From: a virus
Reading direction: 5' to 3' (one strand)
UHGV virus genome: UHGV-0147904
DNA length: 64,000 nt
Position numbers and translations under genes: made by a program. Below, piece by piece: positions 22,833 through 31,907 of the stretch (the stretch's first letter is position 1; each line of letters opens with the position of its first letter). Under the pieces are notes generated by a model. That model worked only from the letters and a program-made list of their open reading frames with translations. It was not told where the DNA came from and searched no databases.

Positions 22833-23213
22833 CTACTCCGCAGAACCATACAATCTACGTAACGTGTCGGCGACAGAAGATACAGATATCTCGCCAGTCG
22901 CAGCGCCTACAGTAAGGTCTGCCAGTTCAGGTGAATCAAATACCTGCACCCCGTTACGGCGTAGAAATAGCAGCGCACTGTTTAGCGCGGTACGCTTATT
23001 GGCATCATTGAATATATGCCCTCTCGCTGTAGCCACCAGGTAGGTGGCGGAGACTTCGAAAAGGTCGGTGATCTCTTCGTAGGCAACTCTGGCCTGAACT
23101 CTCCCGATAATGGCCTCTGCCCTACCCGGATCTGACATGCCAGGCAGGCCGCCGTAGCGGCTTATATTCGCATCATGAAGCGCAACAAGTTCTTCCGGTG
23201 ATATATGTCTCAT
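22833..23213 (-). CDS. doc: Doc toxin, Fic-fold kinase of the phd/doc addiction module
   Basis: 126 aa with Fic-like motif [11 protein letters not shown]; start overlaps the phd stop. Confidence 0.95.
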   Translation of the reverse strand: MRHISPEELVALHDANISRYGGLPGMSDPGRAEAIIGRVQARVAYEEITDLFEVSATYLVATARGHIFNDANKRTALNSALLFLRRNGVQVFDSPELADLTVGAATGEISVSSVADTLRRLYGSAE

Positions 23214-23434
23214 TATCGGTTAACCAGTTCCTTGTTGGTGGAGTCCAGGGTGTCAAACAGGGATGCAAATTCAGCATCCAGCGCCGCTTTTTTGTAGGCT
23301 TCGAAAGTAGCCTTGCTGACAATTACTGCTGGCTCACGGCCTCTGCGGGTGATTTCAACCTCTTCCCCGGCTTCAACATTGTTGAGCACTTCAGAAAGGT
23401 TGCCACGCGCGGTACGGAAGTTAATGGATTGCAT
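23213..23434 (-). CDS. phd: Phd antitoxin
   Basis: 73 aa from [39 protein letters not shown]..., matching P1 Phd; ATGA overlap with doc. Confidence 0.95.
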   Translation of the reverse strand: MQSINFRTARGNLSEVLNNVEAGEEVEITRRGREPAVIVSKATFEAYKKAALDAEFASLFDTLDSTNKELVNR

Positions 23435-23506
23435 AAACACCTCGTGTACTCGTTATGTGTACACAATTATAAACTTCACAGGCATAAAGCACCAGCACTT
23501 TGCAGC

Positions 23507-23896
23507 TTAAATAACCGGACAATCATCAAATTCCCCACTTCGGGCATCATTGATGACATGAGTGATCACACCAAAAACAGCATTACTGCCCGTGTATCCA
23601 TCGTCATCTACTGGTAACGCCTCTTTCTTCCCGGTGCTTAAGTCCTCCAGGTGCTGGCGCGGATACTTCCTGTATCTCTTTATGCGATATTCACCCTCCA
23701 TAGCGCACACAAGCAGAGAACCATCAACCGGAGTAAGCGAGGAATCAACCACCAGCAAAGCACCCTGCAATATTCCCTCACGGTGATGGCTATCAGCTGC
23801 CCGCATGAAGTAGGTCGCTGAAGGATGTCTAATTATCTGCTGATCAAGAGAAATTCGGCTTTCAACATAATCCGCCGCAGGAGAAGGGAAGCCCAT
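23507..23896 (-). CDS. humD: HumD, UmuD-like SOS mutagenesis protein
   Basis: 129-aa ORF (MGFPSPAADYVESRISLDQQIIRHP...) with a LexA box immediately upstream; position between phd and hot matches P1 humD; family assignment by recall, not alignment. Confidence 0.8.
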   Translation of the reverse strand: MGFPSPAADYVESRISLDQQIIRHPSATYFMRAADSHHREGILQGALLVVDSSLTPVDGSLLVCAMEGEYRIKRYRKYPRQHLEDLSTGKKEALPVDDDGYTGSNAVFGVITHVINDARSGEFDDCPVI

Positions 23897-23914
23897 AGCG
23901 TTTTACCTCAATGA

Positions 23915-23934
23915 TACTGTTTATTCATACAGTA
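23915..23934. promoter_or_regulatory. LexA (SOS) box upstream of humD
   Basis: tactgtttattcatacagta fits CTGT-N8-ACAG as a perfect palindrome, about 20 nt upstream of the humD start. Confidence 0.7.
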
Positions 23935-24019
23935 TACATTGAAAAGGCATAGTTTGTGAAAGCGGGGTTTGTAGGCGCGCCACGCTGGGGGCTAATCACA
24001 TTTCTCCCCCATCTTGCCG

Positions 24020-24271
24020 TTATTTTTTTGGTGCATCCTCGTTCTGATACACCGGATCGCTCCCTTTTGGCAACTGGAGGCTTAACTGCCGGTAGTGCCG
24101 TAGCCGTTCCATGAAATAGGCGCGCAGGTTTTCCGGTTGCTCACGGGCCACCTGCTCTGCAATCACAGGTATATTCAGCCGTTCTTTGTAAGCAACGCCG
24201 CTGGCGGCAAGGTCTACGTTCACCTTGTCTCGCTCTTCCTGGCTTTTAGCTGCTATATTTCGATCTGACAC
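24020..24271 (-). CDS. hot: Hot, homolog of DNA polymerase III theta subunit
   Basis: 83 aa; [43 protein letters not shown] closely parallels E. coli HolE. Confidence 0.8.
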   Translation of the reverse strand: MSDRNIAAKSQEERDKVNVDLAASGVAYKERLNIPVIAEQVAREQPENLRAYFMERLRHYRQLSLQLPKGSDPVYQNEDAPKK

Positions 24272-24303
24272 AAGAAACCTCCAGGAGTTAGTGGATCAGG
24301 CAC

Positions 24304-24654
24304 ATGCACAATAACGTTCTCAATGTTAGCCGTTCAATTCAGACAATCAGAGACTGCACCAGTGTGGTGGCATCAATCCCATTGCGGAACAGCATAGACG
24401 AACTGCAAATTCGTGTATTGAATCCGAATCAGGCTAATAAGCAATTGCGCTTTATTTTGACGCTGAAAAGTGAAACAGAGGGGATAAAGCACAGCGTAAA
24501 AGTGTTTTCTGAGGCCATTCTGCTTAATGGGAAGCTCCGGCATCTGGTAAGGCCAGAACGTCAATATCCTGACGTCCTGGCGCGTGAAAAAGACCTTCTT
24601 TCTGAAGTTCAGGATAGGGTGATCGATTTCGTCAAATGCTATCCCCTGCATTGA
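24304..24654 (+). CDS. Hypothetical protein, lone plus-strand gene in a minus-strand block
   Basis: 116-aa ORF; weak ribosome-binding-site spacing. Confidence 0.3.
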   Translation: MHNNVLNVSRSIQTIRDCTSVVASIPLRNSIDELQIRVLNPNQANKQLRFILTLKSETEGIKHSVKVFSEAILLNGKLRHLVRPERQYPDVLAREKDLLSEVQDRVIDFVKCYPLH

Positions 24655-24923
24655 GGGCAGGTGTTCCCTTCCGCAAAGTAGGGAAAATTGCTATCAAGTT
24701 CATCACACCATCTGCGTTGGTCGTAGCACCAAAACGCCTCCCACGGTGCACGGAAATACTTCATCCACCAGGACACTCGATCAGGTATATCTGCTGGTGG
24801 CAGTTCTTCTGGCAATAATTTGCCTGATAATTCCCTTTCCGCCCGCGACAGCATTTTTTTGAGGCTCGCGTTCTCTTTTTCAAGCTCATCTACGCGCACC
24901 TGTAATTCAGCTTTCGTTGGCAT
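24639..24923 (-). CDS. Hypothetical coiled-coil protein
   Basis: ORF trimmed to internal Met MPTKAELQVRVDELEKENASLKKML... Confidence 0.3.
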   Translation of the reverse strand: MPTKAELQVRVDELEKENASLKKMLSRAERELSGKLLPEELPPADIPDRVSWWMKYFRAPWEAFWCYDQRRWCDELDSNFPYFAEGNTCPQCRG

Positions 24924-25845
24924 GGTCCACCTCATGCTTTTCAGCCACCAGCGGCAATAAAGCCCTGGCCATCTTATGAACCAATAGTGCATCAATAATG
25001 CCAAGCGTATGCCCCGGCTTAATGTTTAATGCCGCCTCAAGGTGACACCTTTCCAGGTCACTTTTCTCGGCTTGTTTATGATGATCTGGTGTAATAACGT
25101 CGCCCAAAACACGGCTAATTCTTTCTCGTAATTGCTGGGTGCCAGCACACTTGATCGCTGTATCGTGGAGACGGTTAACCAGTTCGCGATAAACATGCGG
25201 CTTAATGCGGATACGTTCACCGGTGACGCCCTTTCCTGGCGCTGGCACCGAACTATCCGGAATATCCGGATAGTTGCCAGCCTCGTAAGCTACCCACAGC
25301 CAGTGCATGAATGTTTCAGTGGACACACAACCACAGTCCACATCGATTTTCCCGCGTTGCTGTTCCAGCCATTGCCCAAAATCCAACCTGTAAGTCTTAC
25401 TTTCAAGTTCATCACCATTGAACTCGACTTTCTGCGACGCTATGAGAGCTGATTCGTATTGTTCGCGAGTGACAACTGACTGGTATTCATCGCTATCAAG
25501 GCCACCAATTGGAAGCTCAATCTCACAACAAAAATTGCGCCCAAAGAAAGTGTCTTTTTTGTGGTCTGAGCCAAAAGCAAAAGTCGCGCATGGTGCCATT
25601 AAATTGACACTGGGTAGGTAACAATAACTCATTCCATCAGGCCACCCGCCGCACTTAGGCAGCTCCTTCACTAACAAGTCGATAAGCTTCATTTTTTTAT
25701 CATCTTTGCAAGCCGCCAAAGCCATTTGGGCAAGTGCCAATACTTCATCTGCCGTATATCCAGCACCGTGACCATACATTTCGATACGGGAAATAATCTC
25801 TGATATACGCTCTTCAGTGATTCTGGTCATTTCTTTTTGCGCCAT
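24907..25845 (-). CDS. Hypothetical protein
   Basis: 312-aa ORF in the minus-strand operon. Confidence 0.45.
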   Translation of the reverse strand: MAQKEMTRITEERISEIISRIEMYGHGAGYTADEVLALAQMALAACKDDKKMKLIDLLVKELPKCGGWPDGMSYCYLPSVNLMAPCATFAFGSDHKKDTFFGRNFCCEIELPIGGLDSDEYQSVVTREQYESALIASQKVEFNGDELESKTYRLDFGQWLEQQRGKIDVDCGCVSTETFMHWLWVAYEAGNYPDIPDSSVPAPGKGVTGERIRIKPHVYRELVNRLHDTAIKCAGTQQLRERISRVLGDVITPDHHKQAEKSDLERCHLEAALNIKPGHTLGIIDALLVHKMARALLPLVAEKHEVDHANES

Positions 25846-26201
25846 TTCTTTTCACATTCCTTAGTCCATTTTTCAATGTTCATTTTGGCAATATCGGTCA
25901 TTCCATCACCTAAGAAATACTTTCTCCGGTATGTCTTGCACTTAAACCACACTACAACAGCCACCAGCCAGAAAATAAAAGGCCATACAGCAATACCAAC
26001 GACTGCCGCGATAAAGCTCAATATCCATAAATGAAGCTCTCCAACTTCTGTTTCCGGCAATATTCTTAAAGAATTAAACAGTAGGCTGAACGCATGGTCG
26101 TATGCATTGGCAGTATAAGACATGCAATCCATATAATTAAAGTCATAGCCTGCGGCTGCCGCCCATAATGGGCGGTCAAGAAAATGTTTTAGTGTCATCA
26201 T
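25827..26201 (-). CDS. Hypothetical membrane protein
   Basis: 124 aa with long hydrophobic stretch LWILSFIAAVVGIAVWPFIFWLVAVVVWF; AT-rich patch. Confidence 0.4.
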   Translation of the reverse strand: MMTLKHFLDRPLWAAAAGYDFNYMDCMSYTANAYDHAFSLLFNSLRILPETEVGELHLWILSFIAAVVGIAVWPFIFWLVAVVVWFKCKTYRRKYFLGDGMTDIAKMNIEKWTKECEKKWRKKK

Positions 26202-26207
26202 ATAAAT

Positions 26208-26501
26208 TTAAGGTTCAGACCAGTTATCTTCAATAGCAATGCTTAATCTTTGTAGCCATTCTGCTAATTTCAGCATTGCTTCTCTTTCGCTTAAACCACG
26301 AGGAAAATCATCAAGCGAAATTGTTGGCTTGAAGCCCCCGTAATTATCCATTTCAACTGTCAGATTTTGCTCCAGCACGGTATTCCTTACGCGGCTATTG
26401 TGCCGAAGCAAATATACTGAACGTGATTTATTGGTTTTATGGTCAAACTGATATTCGGTAAGTATCATCTGGCTTTTGCCATGACTATTACCTCTCCACA
26501 T
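26208..26501 (-). CDS. Hypothetical protein
   Basis: ORF trimmed to internal Met (MWRGNSHG...) with GAGGTAAG ribosome-binding site overlapping the stop of an upstream 40-codon hydrophobic peptide. Confidence 0.35.
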   Translation of the reverse strand: MWRGNSHGKSQMILTEYQFDHKTNKSRSVYLLRHNSRVRNTVLEQNLTVEMDNYGGFKPTISLDDFPRGLSEREAMLKLAEWLQRLSIAIEDNWSEP

Positions 26502-26511
26502 ACTTACCTCA

Positions 26512-26631
26512 CTTAATAAAACAACTCCATGCGTAGTTGATGATTTTTTCCCACGTAATATAAATCTGCACTCCGGCAGTAAAACCAAAGCCAACAATTG
26601 CTGAAAAAATCAAAACATTTACTTTTGACAT
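26512..26631 (-). CDS. Small hydrophobic peptide, 40 aa
   Basis: MSKVNVLIFSAIVGFGFTAGVQIYITWEKIINYAWSCFIK; below the ORF-track cutoff; AT-rich. Confidence 0.25.
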
Positions 26632-26679
26632 TATAAATTTTCTCTCGGTGTCGTAGGTGATAGCACCATAATTGATAAT

Positions 26680-26913
26680 TTAGTGAGTTAGCAGTTCCAT
26701 TTTTTGGATGATTTCCGCATGAGCATCATCGTTATCAACACTTAACTCGTTTAATGCCTCTCGCACTACATCAACTTCTTCAGGCTGAAAGAAGTCGTCG
26801 CGGTAATCACCAAATAGAACCGAAACCAGCCTGCCACCAGCAACATCAAGATTGGCGCTAACAGGTGGCTCTTTGCCATCCTCAAATTCGACAACAAAAG
26901 TTAATTTTCCCAT
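26680..26913 (-). CDS. Hypothetical small acidic protein
   Basis: 77-aa ORF. Confidence 0.35.
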   Translation of the reverse strand: MGKLTFVVEFEDGKEPPVSANLDVAGGRLVSVLFGDYRDDFFQPEEVDVVREALNELSVDNDDAHAEIIQKMELLTH

Positions 26914-26989
26914 CGTTACCCCCAGAAGATAAAAATAGCGGCAATCGCCATAGCTACGCCTACAATCGCAAATGCTTCAGGCCAGCTCA

Positions 26990-27322
26990 TTACCGCACCT
27001 CAAGTCTCCATGCCGCCTGACCAATCCGGCTGGCATGGGTATCTTTGGATACTGTTCCGTCTTTAGCCAGCTCCATAAGAATTTTGCGCAAATCTGCCGA
27101 GCGCCATTCTTCATCAGGAAATTCCTTCTCCATTGCCAACCGCAGATTCCAGGTTGCTATCGTGAATGGATATTCACCGCCGAGAGCTTTCTCTTGTAGG
27201 GCAGCACGGGAACGCATCACCTGCAAAACCTTCTCTTTTACATCCATCATTTCGCCTCCTGCGGCGGTTCTGGTAGCGGCATCCAGTGTGATGGAATCCA
27301 CGACGCACCAGGAATTATCCAA
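26990..27322 (-). CDS. Hypothetical protein
   Basis: 110-aa ORF. Confidence 0.4.
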   Translation of the reverse strand: MDNSWCVVDSITLDAATRTAAGGEMMDVKEKVLQVMRSRAALQEKALGGEYPFTIATWNLRLAMEKEFPDEEWRSADLRKILMELAKDGTVSKDTHASRIGQAAWRLEVR

Positions 27323-28128
27323 CCATCATTAGCGTCAGGATGTCCCGGTATGTAAGTCGCCCACTTCATTCGCCAGTCACCTTTCCCGTCAAACTCCCTG
27401 GCAACAAGAACAGCTGTTTTGCTATCCGGCATTCGCTCACTACAGCTTATCCAATCATCCAGAGTTACCGGAGAATTGCCATTTACCAAGTCAGCTCGAA
27501 CATATAGCGTGTCATCATGGTGCTGATTGTGGCTGCACCACGTTAATTCGCTTAACTCGCCATCTTCTGGCCATACTCCAGCCGTTTGCAGCCAGATATG
27601 GGCTGGCGCATCTTTGCAAGGTGTATTAACTGGCAACTTGTAAGTTTGGCTTACAGGTTCGGCACCATGAAGCATGGCGTCGCTCCGCTCTATGCCATCC
27701 AGCGCGATTCGCAGTGCATGAATTGTGGTAGAGCTATCGTTTGGGGCTATTCCATATCGCTCGAATACAGCTAAATGGTTGCGCATAATCTCAGGCGTAA
27801 GCTCTTTGTAAGCATAAGCAAGAGGCTCTGATGCATTATCCGGCACAACCGACGCAGGCGCGGCAGCATAAACAGGAATAACGTCCGCTTGCTCTTTATT
27901 GCTTTCATCCGTTAAAGCCCAGAATAATTTCCCGGCCGGATGTTTGAAAATATAAGCAACTGGCTCTGCTTCCAGCGATGCCAGCGTAATTTCAGCCAGC
28001 TTGAGGTGAATAACCGCCGCATCATAAGCGCCTGGGACTCTTCCCACCGCAACGCGAAGAACCTCAATATTCTTCTTAGCCTGCTCAATCAACTGCTCTT
28101 TGGTGAACTCTTTGGTAATCGTGATCAT
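27247..28128 (-). CDS. Hypothetical protein
   Basis: 293-aa ORF. Confidence 0.45.
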   Translation of the reverse strand: MITITKEFTKEQLIEQAKKNIEVLRVAVGRVPGAYDAAVIHLKLAEITLASLEAEPVAYIFKHPAGKLFWALTDESNKEQADVIPVYAAAPASVVPDNASEPLAYAYKELTPEIMRNHLAVFERYGIAPNDSSTTIHALRIALDGIERSDAMLHGAEPVSQTYKLPVNTPCKDAPAHIWLQTAGVWPEDGELSELTWCSHNQHHDDTLYVRADLVNGNSPVTLDDWISCSERMPDSKTAVLVAREFDGKGDWRMKWATYIPGHPDANDGWIIPGASWIPSHWMPLPEPPQEAK

Positions 28129-28640
28129 GCCGCGTTTCCTTCTTTCTTATTAACAATTACACCGTCATATATTTCATTAAGGTGCCCTCTCAACTCCATG
28201 CGCCTTAATGCAGATAACATGTAATCGCATTCAACCTGCTTATTTCCAGTAAATGGCTTATCGTCAGGATTACCCCAACAGCAATTACCCTTGGGCCACC
28301 CATGTACTTTCCGTACTCTTCCGTTAACAACGTGAAGTAATCCCCAGCCAGGTGGTAAATCCTCAATTGAAATAATTCCCGGCTCACTAATAAAGAATCG
28401 CCAGTCGCCCATTCCAAGAGATGGATTTTTACGAAAACGCTTTTTTCTATCTGCCAACAAGTCAGCACGAGAACATTTCGCCTCTATCAGGCATGATGCT
28501 GAATTTCTGAATCCCATAGCATCTGGCTGTTCTCCGGTACTGGTTACAGCTATAAAGCGGTCATGAAAACAAACCTTGAACCCGTTGCGCTTAAGGAACT
28601 TGTACGCAATCTGACAGAGTTCGCGGTGTGTTAACGCCAT
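28125..28640 (-). CDS. Putative PD-(D/E)XK-type nuclease
   Basis: Trimmed to Met MALTHRELCQ...; motif GEQPDAMGF...CLIEAKCS resembles a D...ExK nuclease core. Confidence 0.35.
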   Translation of the reverse strand: MALTHRELCQIAYKFLKRNGFKVCFHDRFIAVTSTGEQPDAMGFRNSASCLIEAKCSRADLLADRKKRFRKNPSLGMGDWRFFISEPGIISIEDLPPGWGLLHVVNGRVRKVHGWPKGNCCWGNPDDKPFTGNKQVECDYMLSALRRMELRGHLNEIYDGVIVNKKEGNAA

Positions 28641-28641
28641 A

Positions 28642-28830
28642 TCACTCTCCTTTAGTGCGCAAGTGGTTTTTCCAGCGGTTTTGCGCCGCGCTGGGCTTTT
28701 TGCAAAAACCACAATCCATCATCCCGTAATATTTCATCAACCCCATCCGTCGGTTGCTGAGTCTCACCCACTGCCAGACGCCAGGAGCGTTTCTACGAAC
28801 TAACAGAATCTTTGCTTTACGGTTTTTCAT
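28642..28830 (-). CDS. Small basic protein, MKNRKAK family copy 2
   Basis: 62-aa ORF; N-terminus MKNRKAK duplicated in the adjacent upstream small ORF. Confidence 0.3.
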   Translation of the reverse strand: MKNRKAKILLVRRNAPGVWQWVRLSNRRMGLMKYYGMMDCGFCKKPSAAQNRWKNHLRTKGE

Positions 28831-28831
28831 C

Positions 28832-29005
28832 TTACAGCGTACCCTTTCTTCCGCCTGTTCTGTGACGCAGTAGGCTTACGCTTTGCGGCAAAAGCCACCT
28901 GACCAAATGGATGGAGTACCGCTATCTTATGGTTGCTAATAACCAGCTCCACCACACGCACAGGTCGCTGTAAAAAAAGTCGTTTTGCCTTACGGTTTTT
29001 CATCG
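28832..29005 (-). CDS. Small basic protein, MKNRKAK family copy 1
   Basis: About 57 codons, MKNRKAKRLFLQRPVRVVELV...; below the ORF-track cutoff; stop overlaps the next ATG. Confidence 0.25.
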
Positions 29006-29175
29006 CTTTGCTCTCCTGCGTCTCTTTGCTGCTCGTCGTGCCGCTGCAATACCGGTATGGCGGCGCTTTGGTGCCGGGATGATGTTGTCAGCCATCAGGA
29101 CATGTGGCTTTGCAATTAGCGCAGAAGCCCAAAAACGAGTCGGGTACGGTAACAAGCCGATACATGCCACACGCA

Positions 29176-29865
29176 CTACTCACCTCCGTTGATGCGAATG
29201 CCAGCGGCACGGGAATCATTCCATCGCTTTACTTCTTCACGAATTACGTCAATGCATTCTTTCGAATCCATTAGGTAATCTTCATCAAAAAGCCTTTCCT
29301 GTTCGTTTTCTATCGCAACAATGATTGCTTCAACTAACTTTTGTGCCTGAGAACCACTTTCTAACTCTGCAATGCGCTTCTCTGCGGCTTCCAGCTTCTC
29401 GCGCATATCGTCAACGTACTCGACCAGAGATCCGCCAGCAGGAATTTCGCACTCCTCGACCAGTTGGAAGTAGATATCAGCTGCGGCCCGTGTGTTGCTA
29501 TGCCTAGCGTCGCCCATCTCACCTTCACGAAGAGCATCGCGTTCGGCGGTAAGATTGGCTATTTTGCTGTCTTTGCCTTCCAGCTCAACGCGAAGCCTCC
29601 CTACCGTTAGCGCAATTTCCTCGTTCTCCTGGTCGCGGGATTTGATGTATTGCTGGTTCCTTTCCCGTTCATCCAGTAGTGCCAGCACGGTTTCTGGTCC
29701 GGCCAGAAATTTGAAGGCGTTGAGCGCATCAATATCCACACCGTAATCTTTAAGTTCCTGTTCACTTAACAAATCATCATCAGCTGGCAACATTAACAGG
29801 CGTTCCATTGCTGGAATTGCACGTTCCGCCGCCTCACGCAGTGCCTGATAATCAATCTTGCTCAC
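29176..29865 (-). CDS. Hypothetical coiled-coil protein
   Basis: 229 aa; GTG start overlaps the upstream stop as GTGA within a conserved junction cassette. Confidence 0.45.
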   Translation of the reverse strand: MSKIDYQALREAAERAIPAMERLLMLPADDDLLSEQELKDYGVDIDALNAFKFLAGPETVLALLDERERNQQYIKSRDQENEEIALTVGRLRVELEGKDSKIANLTAERDALREGEMGDARHSNTRAAADIYFQLVEECEIPAGGSLVEYVDDMREKLEAAEKRIAELESGSQAQKLVEAIIVAIENEQERLFDEDYLMDSKECIDVIREEVKRWNDSRAAGIRINGGE

Positions 29866-30575
29866 TGGTTGCCTCCTTTGCGAAGCTGGGCAGCAAAGTC
29901 AACTAACCACTCAGTCATTTCAACCTTCCCTACCAGGTCTGAACCAGGGTGCATACAGCAATCACTCTGCGCCGCTTTGAAATCCTTATACTCATATTCT
30001 TGGGCCACCAGATTTTTTGCAGCTTCTATAGCAGCATCCACCCCCTGCGCCCGAACTTCAGCCAGGAAAGCGTCGGTGGCTGGAATTTGCGGCATCCCTC
30101 CGTCTGTTGCGCAGATATACGCATCAGATATTTCATCCTGCTGGCCATCAAACACGTAGCAACAGCCCCTGATAAACAGCTTCATTGAGGCATTCTCCAC
30201 TGCCAGCGCCGTGCGATTACCATCCAGCTCTGCAATGCGCTGTTTTGCGGCATCCAGTTCAATCGACAATTTTTCCAACTGCTCTTGATGCTTCTTGTAT
30301 TCCTGATATGCGTGCCAAGACTGACCTTTGCGCACACTATCAGTGATATCAGTAATCTGTTCTGGTGTTAGCGTGGTCAGTGGCTGTGATGGGAAAATAA
30401 GCACTTTCCCGGAATCCCAATCAAAACCAGCGTGAATTGACTGAACCTCAACTGAAGGTGTTGAACCAATGCTGCCAGGCGAATGAACAACGATTGTTAC
30501 ATCCATATCGCGACGATGGCTGTGGTTGTTGGACAAAATACGATTCACCAACTCAGAAAATTTGGAAAATTTCAT
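29862..30575 (-). CDS. Hypothetical protein, TDAFLAE(V/I)RA paralog A
   Basis: 237 aa; shares PATDAFLAEVRA and C-terminal LRKGGNQ with the 30859-31392 paralog. Confidence 0.45.
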   Translation of the reverse strand: MKFSKFSELVNRILSNNHSHRRDMDVTIVVHSPGSIGSTPSVEVQSIHAGFDWDSGKVLIFPSQPLTTLTPEQITDITDSVRKGQSWHAYQEYKKHQEQLEKLSIELDAAKQRIAELDGNRTALAVENASMKLFIRGCCYVFDGQQDEISDAYICATDGGMPQIPATDAFLAEVRAQGVDAAIEAAKNLVAQEYEYKDFKAAQSDCCMHPGSDLVGKVEMTEWLVDFAAQLRKGGNQ

Positions 30576-30862
30576 GCTGATTCCCCTTTCTCTGCTCTCT
30601 CCTGTCGGAACATCACTATCATCAGGTCGCCTTTTGTCGCTATCCTGGCTGTTGTACCTGGTTCAATGCGGCTAAGCTCAAATGCGTCATAGAACGCTTC
30701 TAATGCCTTCTGGCGTAGTTCCTGTTTGCGCCGTTTTTTCCACTGTTTTAGGAAAATGGAACCCAGCCATCGCCATGTACGGGACATGATGTAAAGCCAA
30801 CCGAGAAGTGCCAGACCGGTATTTAGGAGCGTATCGATCGTTATTGTCGTGTCGATATTCAC
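30572..30862 (-). CDS. Small membrane protein
   Basis: About 96 aa from the GTG within the junction cassette (VNIDTTITIDTLLNTGLALLGWLYIM...); one TM segment. Confidence 0.35.
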   Translation of the reverse strand: MNIDTTITIDTLLNTGLALLGWLYIMSRTWRWLGSIFLKQWKKRRKQELRQKALEAFYDAFELSRIEPGTTARIATKGDLMIVMFRQERAEKGESA

Positions 30863-31392
30863 TGGCTGCTTCCTTTGCGAATCTGTTCCGCCCATTCTTC
30901 AAGGGATTTCTCCGCATATTCACCAGACAGGCCATCAATCGGATGCGCTTCATTAGCCAACTCTTCTTTCGCTGACAAAATCATGCGTGTAACGTCGAAA
31001 ACTTCACGCAAAGACTTATTGATAAATCCGTGATTGAACGCAGCAGCAAGACGGCTGGCGGTATAGTTAATCCCCTCGTTGCGTGCTTCCGCACGAATTT
31101 CAGCCAGAAAAGCATCGGTAGCTGGAGTTTCGCTGTGGTGTAGGGCATCGTTGATAATCATTGCAGCAACACCAGCCTGCCCTGCATCCGTGACCGACAC
31201 ATGCTCAAGAGTTACGGCCATTGCGTTTTTCAGCCCATCAAAGCCGGTCCATTTGATAACATCTTCACATCGTTTATCACCGGGCGTATGCACCGCATAC
31301 GTACCAGTGCCCGGCGAAATAAATGCGACCCATTCGCCCTGTGTTGCCTGTTTTGCTATCTCACGCAGTGCCCGGTAATTAATTTTGCTCAC
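30859..31392 (-). CDS. Hypothetical protein, TDAFLAE(V/I)RA paralog B
   Basis: About 177 aa from the GTG at the junction cassette; PATDAFLAEIRA; C-terminal IRKGSSQ. Confidence 0.45.
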   Translation of the reverse strand: MSKINYRALREIAKQATQGEWVAFISPGTGTYAVHTPGDKRCEDVIKWTGFDGLKNAMAVTLEHVSVTDAGQAGVAAMIINDALHHSETPATDAFLAEIRAEARNEGINYTASRLAAAFNHGFINKSLREVFDVTRMILSAKEELANEAHPIDGLSGEYAEKSLEEWAEQIRKGSSQ

Positions 31393-31628
31393 TGGCTGCC
31401 TCCTTTGCGGAGTTGCGCTTCGATGCACGAAAAAAAAGACTCCCGAGTATGACTGTTAAGAGCTGGTGCGAACGCCGCGTTAAGAACGGCAGCATCACAG
31501 CCGTCATCAATATAGAGCGCAATTTTTTTCTCCAGGCGCGCTTTGGCTTCCTGCAACTGCATACCCCGGCACGCACGCGGGATATAATCAGCAATTTGAG
31601 CGATAGCTTTTTCGTTCTGTTTAAACAT
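31389..31628 (-). CDS. Small hypothetical protein
   Basis: 79 aa ending LRKGGSQ, same C-terminal cassette. Confidence 0.4.
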   Translation of the reverse strand: MFKQNEKAIAQIADYIPRACRGMQLQEAKARLEKKIALYIDDGCDAAVLNAAFAPALNSHTRESFFSCIEAQLRKGGSQ

Positions 31629-31824
31629 GCTTCACCTCGATAGGCTTGATGGTGTCTAACAGCAGTCGACGGCGCGTATTTTCTGCAAAGTGGCGGCGTC
31701 CGGTATCTTTGTGGTAAAACTCATTTTTGCCGACGACCCACATCCGCTCTGTTTGGTGCAGTTTTTTTACCTGCGGACCGTCTTTGGTGATCACGGTGCC
31801 GGTATGGGTTTTTACGATTGTCAT
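31621..31824 (-). CDS. Small hypothetical protein
   Basis: 67-aa ORF. Confidence 0.3.
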   Translation of the reverse strand: MTIVKTHTGTVITKDGPQVKKLHQTERMWVVGKNEFYHKDTGRRHFAENTRRRLLLDTIKPIEVKHV

Positions 31825-31907
31825 GCCACTACCTATTCGAACAGATGAACGAGACAGGCTGATGCTCGTCCACCTGAAAAACTGACGATTTGATGCATAC
31901 TCACGGT

